From the NCBI GenBank assembly GCA_026023565.1, contig JAPETS010000012.1, positions 558,001-622,000 of the forward strand: DNA of 64,000 nucleotides. Reading direction: 5' to 3'. This DNA comes from Cirrosporium novae-zelandiae (lineage: Eukaryota). The translations under genes and the position numbers were made by a program. Below are positions 51,123 through 62,947 of this stretch, piece by piece (position 1 is the stretch's first letter; each line of letters opens with the position of its first letter). The notes beneath the pieces are model-generated. The model ran no database searches. It was not told where the DNA came from and saw only the letters and a program-made list of their open reading frames with translations.

Positions 51123-51620
51123 ATGGCGCCCCTCCCAGCCTTTCGCCATTAGGATGTTTCTAAAAGATGCGAAAATCCTCTAGAAATTCCGAGGTATCCA
51201 GCACGAAAATGTCGTCTGCTTTGGAATGCTTTCGATACAAGGAATCGATCTATATCTCTCATGAGCGTCTACCCGTCGCTTTGGATCACCTTGTTGCCTG
51301 TCCAGTCTACCCTAGTGAAATCTAGTTGGCCTCAGTTCTAGCCTAGGTGATCTGTCCACGATGAACGATCAGCGATACCGCTAATGGCCAGTGGATTCTC
51401 AATAGTTTATGGTACCTTTCAGCAAAGGGCTTCGAGCACCCATCCTTGACTTGCTTGAATATCCTTGTGAGCTCATGGAGAGGTCAAAATCAGTATGAAA
51501 CCATTATCTGCATTGAGTGGACGGACCATGACTGATCAAATATCACAGCGAGCTTAAAATGCTGCTGTACACGGCACACAGATCAGGTCCGACATCAAGA
51601 CATCAAAGCATTATGAGTTT
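51123..51620 (+). pseudogene. Protein kinase-like pseudogene with RIP-like mutations
   Basis: FAIRMF..KIL*KFRGIQHENV / SALECFRYKESIYISHERLPVALDHLVACPVYPSEI*LASVLA* | intron | ILNSLWYLSAKGFEHPSLTCLNILVS / GEVKI | intron. TAG stops at 51181, 51323 and 51344. Confidence 0.75.
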
Positions 51621-51710
51621 TATCAAGGCGTAATACATATATATGGAGATCTCAAGCGACAGAATATCTATTTACATGAATCTATCACGGCAGTCATTTA
51701 CTATAAAATC

Positions 51711-53074
51711 TTATGGGATGACCTCCACCGAGTTATTGTATTTGGGATACTTTAACTGTTTCCTATCGACCAAACCCGCTTTCAACGCGCGCTTCACGTC
51801 AGGCAAAAGGGCTTTCATCTCGTCGATCAGGAACCTGACCGTCACGCACACCGCCTTGAACCCTTCCTCCCCCCACCACAGGGTTTCGTTTGCGTACAGA
51901 CACCTCCCACCACAGGTGTCGAGCACATCACACCCCTTACATAGCCCTCCAATGTGGACTGCGTCCCGGATGTTCTTAGATACGTCCAGGTTGTTGAGGT
52001 TGGCCACGCTACGGTACTCTGGCGCGATGGGGCACACGGTGATGTCGCCACCTTCGCTAACGGTAAAGCTGTTGAGGCCCGAGCTGCATCGGAGTCTGCT
52101 AGGGCGTTTGTCCAGCATGGTATCTAGTATGCCGAGGAAAGGCACGATACCCAGGACGCGACCCCGTGCCAGCTCGGTGCGAAACCATTCGGCTAGCCGG
52201 TGGATGCCCGGGTTATATACCTCGTCGCGCCAGCGGAAGAAGTCGTCGTAGCCGCTGTAAGCGGGAGTGGTCCACTGAACGTCCAGCTGCCAATGCACGT
52301 GGTCGAAGAGGTCCATCTCGATGAGGTCCCGGACGTCGCGGTAGATATCAGACATGCTATGGCAGGTCATACGAGCGATGAGGTCGCCCTTGTAACCGGC
52401 TTCCTCGCGCAGCATGCGGACGTTGGTGATAGCCTTGTCGAAGGTTCCTATGCCGCGAGACCTGTCGGTGATGGCCTCATCGCCGTCGATGGAGATGAGA
52501 ATGCTATCCATGCGGTTCAGCACTTCGTAGTTGTCGCGGGTGAGGATGCGCTGATTGAGGAGGGTGCCGTTGGTTTGCAGGCAGAAGGTAGCTTTGGACA
52601 AAAGGTTCATGGTCTTGACGATGACACGAGGCTTGAGTAGGGGCTCACCGCCGTAAAAGCAAATGACCAGGCCCTTGTTAGTTGCCATTAGCAAAACAGA
52701 CACAGCAATTACTTGGATGGCATGTTACGGGAGTAATAATAAACGGAAGCGAAAGCGAGTTCAAAAGTGAAAAAAAGCGAAGTTAAAAACGGTCAAAACA
52801 CCATAAACAAGCACATAATTAATACAGAGGACGTATGACCGCACAAATAGATAGCCAACCACGCATGGATCCTCACCTCTGGGTCCGGCTTGCGCGTGCC
52901 AGGCATAGGGAGAGCCGCCAACTTCTCCAGCTTACGAAGATCCTGCACGGAATATTTAAGCGTCTTTGGGTGGAGGGCCAGCAGGGAGAGATCCTCGATG
53001 TCGACATTCTCAATAGACCCGCAGTAGGTGCAGGCTAAGTTGCACTGCTGCGTAAGCGTCAGGAAGAAGAGCAT
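51711..53074 (-). CDS. Radical SAM/SPASM enzyme, AF0577 (TIGR04084)-like putative peptide-modifying family; 2 exons
   Basis: Exon 1 (53074-52877) carries CNLACTYC (CxxxCxxC). Intron 52876-52674 (GTGAGG...GCTAAT...AAG, phase 0). Exon 2 carries FYGGEP, QTNG, SIDG, HWQLD and the SPASM cysteines RCSSG...VCP...CKGCDVLDTCGGRC...VC (CxxCx5Cx3C). The family assignment is from memory. Confidence 0.9.
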
Positions 53075-53346
53075 GGCCGGCGAAGTTCAACAAGGGTCTT
53101 GAAGGGAAACAGGGGGGAGGGGTGGGTGGGTAGGTAGGTAGGGATTACCAATGAATCGGGATGCGGGAAAAAAAAAAGAAAAAAAAATGATAAGCCGCTT
53201 GCTGCACGACCGTTGTGCAACACACACTACTTTAGATGATATTCAAGTTTGAAGGAAAAAAGAAAAGGATCCTTCGCGTTTTAAGCGAAATGTGTTGTCT
53301 TTTCAAAATTCCTTTTCAAAAAATAATTAAACTAAAGAAAACCTCG

Positions 53347-53478
53347 TGTTACAATTCCCACAGTGGCATTACCTGGTTAGGCTAGGACTGTTAGGGCATA
53401 TGCCTTGACATCATTTGATTTCTACGTATAGCTAGAGCTACAGCTAGAACTCCCGCAACCTTATTAGGTATTCTAACA
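53347..53478. mobile_element. Possible degenerate solo LTR or short transposon relic
   Basis: TGTTACAAT...ATTCTAACA terminal inverted repeat (8/9 match, TG...CA ends) in AT-rich DNA; no target-site duplication found. Confidence 0.3.
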
Positions 53479-55073
53479 ACGCAGTTTCATAAGTTAAGCA
53501 CCCTTAGATTTTTGTGTGGTTTATTAAGCTTATATTTTTAAAGCGTTGGTAAATAGATTAGTTCAGTGGTATGATTTATGTTTGGAATGCCAAGATATAT
53601 GCACGTGATGTCAGTCATGGGATCTAGGTGTCACATGACGTCACTTTGTATGGATGTGTGATGTTCCGGTAATTATATCTATTAGACTAAGTCTAATTAA
53701 TTTATTCCATGCCAAGACTAGCTAATTAGTATATATATATCTATGGCATAACCTTCATAAGAATTTATTCTACACTGGCATGCATCCTTAACAACACAAC
53801 AAAAATAACAGATGGGATATTTTATTTCCTTAGTTTCACGGCTTAACTTACTTAGATCCTAAAGCCCACCACATAAGTTCCATCAATTTCTGAAAAAAAA
53901 AATTTATATTTAGTTAAGTATACACTCTAGATCTAAGCCCCCCCCCCCCCCCTATCGAGCCCTAATTATATCCTAGTCGTCTTTGACAAAAAAAAAAAAA
54001 AAGACTTAACTTTTATAGAGACTTCTGTGTACTACTACGGCTAGCTCTATTTATATTGAAATTTTGCTTTATATATATATATATATATACTTGTACGAGC
54101 TCTTAAACTAGTTTGCGGTGATATATATATATATCAACCCCCACCCCACATCAGCCGTCGCTGTTTTCGAGGTTTGTGGGAATATAGTATCATTTGACTT
54201 GGTTGATTAGGAGAATAACTTGAGCGAAACTTGAACCTGGATGGTGGGTGGGTGGGTGTTCTTTACCCTCCTCCCCTCTCCCCCCCGGTTGGAAGGAAAG
54301 GGGGAAGAGAGCAGCTTAGATTTCTTCGCACAAACGAATGGCTGATATTCGTTCGTTCTTCCATCTACTAGAGCGGTGTTGCGTCCCCCTTTTAAGGTGT
54401 CTATTAAATACGTCTTTTACGAGGCCACAACTATGCTTAGGCTTAACGGCATCTTTCGACTATGCAGGAGGAGCCTTGCAGAGGGGTTAGAAGATTAGGA
54501 GTTTTTCTTCTTTTTCTTCTTCTTCTTCTTCTTCTGGTGCCTGACCTTAGTAGCCCCCAGATCCCAACTAGTTCGGGAAATCGATTGGTAATTAAAGGGT
54601 TGATTGAGGTGGTCCGGGACAGAGTAGCAAGCTTGGACTCTAGATTGTAGGTTATGTCATCTCTGATCTTTATTCTGGTGATGAAAAGATTTGAAGTGGA
54701 CTATTCCTTGATATTTAGCTACTGGTAGTACCAGTTCTCTGGCGGCGGGAGAGGGACTCGGAAAGGTTTGTAGAAGATGGTGGAGCTCGTTATTTGTCGC
54801 TGGTCATGGGCATTCATGCTCGATCTGGGGTTGGGATATAGCTTAGTCCGCGCCACTGCCTACCTATTTAGGTTGTGTCACGCACAATACTATTCTACGG
54901 TTGTCTCGTTACCCGCTCTAACAATGGTATCGACTTTCATAACTGTGTACGCTGGATAGCAATATATTTTCCCGTTATGCCTAGCTCCCACAATGGATTT
55001 CGCCTTAGTTCTATGCTATTTGCGCCTAACACTCTAAAAGGTATCGCTGCTATCTTGTCTGCGACATATGCAA

Positions 55074-58000
55074 CTATGTCCAACAGTTTAAAACCTTCCT
55101 ATCTGTCCATTCGCAACCTGACCTTACTGGTATCGAAAATGACTCTTCACTAGCCTCATAGAATTCAAATAATTTTCGCTCCTCTGCAGGGGTAAAGTCC
55201 ACTCCTTCCTGGCCCACTTCTTCCCAATTGAAGTTTTCCACGAGTATCACCGCTGGGGGATCGAAGTTCCCGTATTCAGGAACCAGGTAGGCACTGTTGT
55301 CTCGTATGGGGTGGTAACGAAAACAGACTTCCCTTGCAGAGGCAGGGAGATACATCGTTTGCATTAAGTGCAAAGTCCAGCTCTGTTTGGGCGCGGACTT
55401 AGCCATCGGGAGAGCAACTTTGAGAACACTAAGCGTGAGGTTGCTAAATGACACATAAACCGTATCGGTGGCCCAGGTGAACGCATGGAGAAGGCAGTAC
55501 GGCCGCAGAAAGCGTCGTGAAGGTTGTGATAATTTCCACGGCACTGATGTTGATGACAAAATCGCTTTTCCATCTAGAAGGCTTCCATGCTTTTGAGGTG
55601 ATGATAATTTTCGACTCGTCACTATGAGAACCCCAGCCGAGCAGTGCTCAGTTTTGCAGCATATCGATGCGGTATGGAGATAGTCTCCGTCCGGAGAGAA
55701 TCTAATATCTTCGCCCATATTAGCAAGAGCAATCGGGGATAATAAAAAGGTATTTACCACAGCTGATAATCTTCTCCTCGTCCGGTTTGACATCAGCACT
55801 AAGATCGAATTGTTCAAAATTGCGGTCTGTAGTTGCGTAGGACATTAGAACGACCCTACCTGATCCTGCATACCAGGCCACCAACTTCTGCTGTGGGTGC
55901 AACACAGGTGTACCTGGAAGTCCTATGCCAATGTTCGATGCGTGGAACGTTGCCTCTTTCCGAGTCTTCTTCTTTTTTGTGTCGTAGATAGTCAACTTGT
56001 AGCAAATTGGAACACTTTCTACCTCTTTCCCTGCCGCTACTTGTCCGGTATCATCATCATCGCTTTCATTATCATTATCGCTATCTTCACTGGAAAAGGA
56101 CGGTGAGGAACGATCGGCACTAGGAGCCTCTGGACCACTGGCGCCATCCCTGCTCCGCCTTTGACGTTGAATTTTCTTGATGGCTTTTTGTATAGCCTCC
56201 GTGAATACTGCTTTAACCTCATCTTTACATTCTTTCAGCATCTTCTCCAGCTCTTCAACGTCTACGTCCGTAAGACTAGTAGTGCTTGCACGGGAGATAT
56301 GCGCTAAATCTTGTTTTGTGCATTCCCAGCGCCTAGCAACTGCAAGCACATTTCCGTAAGTCGCAAGTCTGATAACAGAATTATCCTTGGTGAATTTGGC
56401 TAGCGCGGGGTGGCTTTTATGCTGCAAATACTTCAAAAGCCCATCACGGAAACGGTGATTAGAATTCCTTTTCGAGCTTATACTGAAGGAGCATACTCTG
56501 TCCCGAATCATTAGGACGATCGTCTCAGCGCATCCTGAAATTAATGGGCGAGTAGATATGCAAGATGTTTGGTGCTCTTTGCAAGAAATATCAGACCTTA
56601 TGGACATCGAGGAGTCAATATCAACCTCGAAAACTCGCGCCCCTGATAGGCTTGGTTGCTGCGCAGAGCCCAGACTCCATTGAGTGAGGACAAGGCAAGT
56701 GTTTTTGTTTGAACTAAAGGTGTGGGTCAAACTTGCGGTTCTGGGTAATTTAGAGTGAAGTGAGACTTACAGCTCATCAATCTTTGGTGGCAGAAGACAG
56801 CTGACAACCAAAATACCGAGCTCTTGACCTATGCAAATGATTGTTCGTGTGGGCTTTTGCATCGAATCGACCTGCCCATTAGGCTCTTTAGTCTTGATTG
56901 CGCGATTCTCATACAAGATTAACTCTTTTCCGAGAAGAACTGATGAAGATTCTTCCTTGGCAATACCCCCGCAAAAGTCTTCGTCGCCGATAAGCCCAAT
57001 TATGCATCCTTCCAGCCGGCCTGGATGACTCTTCAAATAGTAACCCCATTCCTTGACGAAACGGAAGTAGGTATAAGCAGCCGCCCTCCCCTGGTCGTTA
57101 TAAGTCCCAAACCATCCAGGCAAAGCGTCCGCATAGCTGATTTCATGTTCGGAGGAAAAAAGCGACTCGCCAACGAACTGAGAAAAGTGGTACGGAGCGT
57201 AGAGACTTTGCATCTGTATACATGTGCGGAAATTCTTCGACCTCCAGAACCTGTAGGTCTCCTTGAATAGACCTTCAGTTACATCATTCAGTTCTATAGG
57301 CTCCAAATGCTTGTACCAGAAGATCGAAGCATACTTCAAAAATGCGTGTTCCTGCTGGAATTTGGGATCTTGCAATTCTTCCGCAGATCTAGGACTCAAA
57401 AAGCTCGAGCTTTTAAGGTATTTCAAACAAAGCTCTCCCAAGCGTTTATTTCCTGTAGTCTTGGTGAAGAAATCTTGTCTATCCAAAACATAGTCTTTCA
57501 CTTTGGAATGTGTTAGAAGAAAGATTGGATCATTTTCACTTCCTGAGGTGTCGACAAATGGACCGCAAAGATTCTGTAAGGCTCCCTTAATCGGTTTGTT
57601 GATTTCATGCCGTAAGAAAGGTATAATGGTGTTGTCACTACTGTCCCGGTCTGCTTGAAAGGCGTCTTCAAGCTCAGAAAGCCGCAGAGGTTTCATTGAA
57701 AAGACGACTAAAGTCAGCAGTAACTTGAAATTTTCACCAATGCACGCTTTCTCAGTGCACCTATCCCAGGCTGCGTTGTAAAGATTTTGGAGGCCCTCAT
57801 ATCCCTTACCCCAACCCTGCTCGAGGGAGTCAAAAATCTCTTTCCAGGTTATCTTGGATTTTATTTGATTAACCAAAAGGGAAGCATATAGAAAACACCC
57901 TTCTGATTTCTCAACAATAGTGTTGATGAATTTGTCGATGTTTATCTCAGCTGTCCTTAGTTTTTCCGAAAGCTCTGAGGCGGCGAACGTTGCGATATCT

Positions 58001-60003
58001 TGATCAATCCTCGAACTCCGGTGTTCGTTCATGCGAAGTTCTCGGAGCTCTAGGAAACCTTGGAAGACGACTTTGATGTCCTGAGTGACACGGCTAGTGA
58101 AAATCCACTTCGTCTTTCTTAACACTCCGGGACAGTAGTTGTATAATGTTTCAAGACGCTTCAGGATCGCGACAGGCTCTGGATGTTCATCTAAACCATC
58201 GACAATGATATAGACCTCGAACAGATTGTAGAGGGTCATTTTTATTAGCTCTAAAATATCGGTCACGCGTTTTTCAGGGTTTATTGGTACCCCACAACGT
58301 TCCCACTGCTTAAACATTTTAGTTTGGTCGCTTGTCATGTGCGTTTGCATGGCAAGGAGCTGAATAGCTAGACTGCTGAGGACCGCACAGTTGTCTTGAC
58401 TCTTGCAGAAGAAGAACGCAACGTGCTTCGCCTTCTCCGGTATTCTCTGATCGTTGCGGAATTTACTGATGATCTTTGAGCAGAGGGTAGATTTCCCGAC
58501 GCCAAAGCTACCATTCACCCATAATGCTGCGTTATGCGATGCATTTATCCACCATTGATACTCGGCATCTGAGAAAATCCAGTCCATGGTCTTATCACAC
58601 CTTTTCTCCAAAGCTTGTTCAAGATCGACTTCTACATCATGCTGATTTGCGGAGGCCAAAATCTTGCGAAGGCCATCTCTTGTTTCCTTTTCAACGAGCT
58701 CACGTTCATTGCGGACACTTTCTTCTGCTTGAGCATTTATAGACTTGAGTTCTTCGACTTTTAAATGCAGTATTGATTCTTTAATATAGAAATATAAAGA
58801 GTTAGCAACACTTTCTACGTAGCTGATGAGTACATGTGATTAACAACCTTGACGCTCCCGAATTCCATTGGTCCATTTGTTCAAAACAAGTCTCACGTCC
58901 TCATATCCATTAGATCTATGGTGGGAGAACTTTGTCATCGTAACATGGTTTGCTTGGATTCCAATGGCATCTTTGCCCTTAATGATCGAGGATCCATCCG
59001 CAACAATCTAGGGGGAATGAAATTAGTTTATCTCGAGAATAAAAGAGAATATGAGAAACACTACCTTCCCGAATTGCCTATATTCGAACTCTTCGTAAAA
59101 GGAGATGATCTCCCATGGATTCTTGTCAATAATAATGTCGTGAAACTTGTTCTCGATAGCAAATAGAATTTCGGACTCTTGACCCAGCGCTGATAGGAGC
59201 TGCGTATTGTTGTTGAATGGCTTTGCAAGTATTGCGAGCTTTTTAGCATAATCTGCCTTCGAGGAACCTGCGTGCGGTGTTGAAAAGAAGGCAATGCCGT
59301 AGGTAACCTCCTTGATATACGAAAATTTCTTGGGCAGCATATCACTGACAACCTGATTTGATGAATAAATACATTGCTACATAAGGTGGTGATAGAAAGC
59401 TTACGCATTCCACTAGCAGGCCACCAAGGCTATGGCAAACGAATATTAACGGACGCTTAGACTGTGGTTTTGATCTGTTAGCGACTAGTACATAGTGGTG
59501 GATTAAAGCCATACAGTTCCATCTTCACCTCGGAACAAATCTAATCTTGTTGCAAGGGCTTGTGCGTGCTGGTACAAGGTGTTCTTGCTAACACCACCCT
59601 TCAAACTCACTATGGCCGAGTTGTAACCGAAGGACAGGATCCGCACAGATTTTAGATTTGGCTGAAGCAGCTTCGTGGGCCAAAATTTGCCCTTTTCCGC
59701 TGACCAAGTATCAAGCGCGTCGCCTGTGAGCCCATGGACGAACACAATACTATAAAGATGTCAGTGGTATGTAATCTTCGATTCTACTGTGTTGACTGAC
59801 TCGACTATCTCTGTCCCATCAACAGGTCCCCTCACCATTAAACCATCGTTGGAACAGTCAAATTCCCCCGTTCTAGGATAATAATATTAGGTTCAAAGTT
59901 ATGACAGGACGGCGCTAAGGCGCAAGCATCGCCAAGCAAGTACGTACCCGTCCTCCGTATTCCCGTTGGGCGAGGTAGAAGTCTTCTTAAAAAACCACGT
60001 CAT
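55074..60003 (-). CDS. Fungal NLR-like protein: SesB-like alpha/beta hydrolase + NACHT + C-terminal beta-rich domain
   Basis: ATG at 60003 (MTWFFKK). Hydrolase motifs IVFVHGLTG, FWP, RILSFGYNS, RPLIFVCHSLGGLL, FFSTPHAGS and SFYE. NACHT Walker A GSFGVGKS, Walker B IIVDGLDE, WIFTSR and EGCFLYA. Multi-intron, e.g. 56770-56714. Confidence 0.9.
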
Positions 60004-60730
60004 CACTAGATTGACGCTTCGAGGGAGAAATCTTAAGGGGAAAAGGTGTACTCTGTAGAACTAATGGAAGAGGGTGGTCGATTAATACTGAAACTTCTGA
60101 TGAGGCTGAAAATGGACGAGGGTTGCAAAGTGCTTACACTTGAATCACCTAGAAGGAAGGCAACCGTCTGCGAACCGCCAAGAAGGCTGGATCAAGTCAC
60201 TCATCAATGTGGGGTTGGCGTATTCGCGGACAAAAAAGGCCAGCCTCTCCCTTTGGTGGTGGAGGGAAAGCGACTTTCGATGACATCGATCCAGAAAGCA
60301 TAAAATAACTAAATTATGAGGCGATAACCTCAAATCAAGTAAGGAGGAGAATGGAAACCATGCGTTAGTAGAGAGAGGAAGATTCCAATTGGATTCCATT
60401 CTCTGTGCCTGGCTAGAATAGTTGGCCCTTAGGCTTCCACAACAGCATGCCATGAAGCTGTCACTCGTGTAAAATAAAACTGCATAACGTGCAGCCTTAG
60501 GATTGGAGCTGCACTGTAGCAGCAGACAGATTGCAATGCTGAATACTTCGCCTATTAGCAGCAACTCCTTTAATAAAGCAGAGCATTGCTGCCAACTAAA
60601 TTTATGATACTTTAAAGAGAAAGCCTTGGGTATATCATCGAAACTTGGATGTCATTTTCCATCTATTTTTGATCCTTCTACTCAATCGGAACCCATCATA
60701 CGCAATTCCAGAACTCAGCGAGAAGAATTC

Positions 60731-62947
60731 ATGGAAAGTTCCGACAGCGAAGAAAACACCAAGGTGAGACTTGGTTTTCGATTGAGAATCTCGGAGGGAT
60801 GGAAAGGAGTATTCAGCAAGAAAAATCCGCCTAAGCACCCATCCGAGATATTTGCCGGTACAGGGCTCAAAACTCTGAAGAAGCCAGGAGCAGCAAAAAA
60901 TGAGGAAAATGGCACGGCTGAGCCTCACGAGGAAACTCCTAGATCAGGACTCTCGGATATGCATCGCCCCCCGCCACCTCTTTGTCAACCCACCAGTCCA
61001 CCCTTCAAAAATGAGCGTCTTGCCCGAGGGACAAGGAATGAGTGCAAAACCCTCGATGCCCGATACACCAAGAAGGGGGATTATGAACTCAATGAGAGCA
61101 CCCGACCTTTTCATTATGCCGCTCACCGAGATGCGTACTCAATATTTGATGAATACTGCATGGTCATTACTCGTCGTTTTGATCAGGATAATAAGCTCAT
61201 CTCGACAACCCTGAAAATCCAGTCTCCGTTTCTCCTCAAAGCATTCCGCACCATTGTCAAATACTATCCTGATAACCCCGTGAATATCGGCAATACTGTC
61301 AATGTTAAAGATCCTCCAGCCTTAATTTACCACTATCGCCATGAATTGGCTGAATATGCAAGCCAGGAGGATGTAGATGACCAGACAAAATTGCACATTG
61401 ACTACGTCTTGGAGCATCTTCAGATATATATCGGTGAAGATATACAACAGTGTGACAAGTACCTTGCCAAAGGCCTAATCAAATTCGAATGGCTATGGAT
61501 GATATTCCGCTCAGGAGGTCTTGTCTATTCATCCAAATCCGACCAGCTTTACTTTTTTCAACGTGGTGAACTTACCCAAACTCAAAGCGGGGAACTGGTG
61601 TACAAGCTTCACTGCAATATTGTTAACTACGACGGGAAAGATGTTGGCAAGGAAGAAGTTCAATTGTTTATTCCAGCCTATGAGAGCGCTCGTGAGCTTA
61701 CCGCATTGGTGATCATGCCGCTTGAACACTGTGTTGATGTAGAAGGGTTGAAGAATAAGCTTATCAAACGTGCCAACACTTTCCTGGAGCTTCGAGGTGT
61801 CCATGCTCGGAATCATGACGTAAGCTGGATTCCAATCCCCGTGAAACGCCAGAGCCTGATACTCATCCTAATAGACCATCGGTCGCGTCATGATAGACTG
61901 CAAAATCTTCCAGGAGCGTCAGGGCGAAAATATCGCCTTGAGCAAGAAGTGCGCCTGTACCTGCCGAGTCTGCAAGAAAGAGGACGAGGAAAAGCCGGAA
62001 GATTACGATCACGAACTACGTGAGCTCTCGGAGCAGGACATGCTCATTACTTCTTCCATTGTTCTCGGGTTCTCATTGTCGAAGCACAACTGGATGTCTT
62101 TTCGAATCAGTGACCTGTCACAAATTAAATGGTCCGACAATGCGATCGAGAGTTTGGTAATGGATACATCTCAGAAAAAGGTTATCCTCAGTTTAGTCAC
62201 ATCTCCAATCTTTCTTAAGGGCCTTTCTACCGACGTAATTGGATGGAAAGCCAAAGGGCTCGTAGTTCTTCTTCACGGGTCGCCAGGTACTGGAAAAACG
62301 TTGACAGCGGAGTGTGTCTGCGAGAAATTACATCGCCCGCTCTATAACGCGAGCGGTGGAGAACTAGGGTCTACTCCGGCCGGTCTAGAAGCGGCTCTCA
62401 AAGACATCCTTGAGTTGTCGGCTCGCTGGAATGCCATTATCTTAATCGACGAGGCCGATGTCTTTTTAGAGCAACGGACTGCAGCTGATATTCACCGGAA
62501 CAGTCTAGTGTCAAGTATGTAAGCTCAACATCAAAGTATTGAATAGTATATGCTAATCCTGGAATGTTAGTCTTTCTACGTCAGCTAGAGTACTTTGAAG
62601 GAATGTTATTCCTTACCACGAACCGAGTAGAGCGATTTGACAAGGCGTTTACTTCTCGAATACACCTTGCCCTGAATTTTCCTGATCTTAGTCCGGATAT
62701 GAGGCGGGAGATCTGGGTTAATTCACTTAAGCGCCTACCAGCGGAGGATGTTGACATCGACTATGACGAACTATCATCCCCGTTGAATTCCCTAGTCGAA
62801 GCAAAGCTAAACGGTCGTGTTATAACCTACGCTGTCCGGACAGCAAAGGCGTTGGCGGAAGCGGATAAAGAAAAGTTGACGGTCAAACATTTGCGGGACG
62901 TAGTTGATGTGTATCAAAAGTTCTTGGCGACTCTTCCGTATCGATGA
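60731..62947 (+). CDS. Fungal AAA+ ATPase (DUF7025-type N-domain plus AAA)
   Basis: LKIQSPFL and IKFEWLWMIFRSG; Walker A GSPGTGKT; Walker B ILIDEAD; LEYFEGMLFLTTNR...SRIH. Introns at about 61820-61874 and 62516-62570. Confidence 0.92.

Noticed and set aside
51643..52640. Plus-strand ORFs of 202 aa and 146 aa
   Set aside because: They are antisense shadows of the GC-rich radical SAM gene and carry no motifs.
51711..53074. Radical SAM gene as prokaryotic contamination
   Set aside because: It is split by a spliceosomal-type intron and embedded among intron-containing fungal genes.
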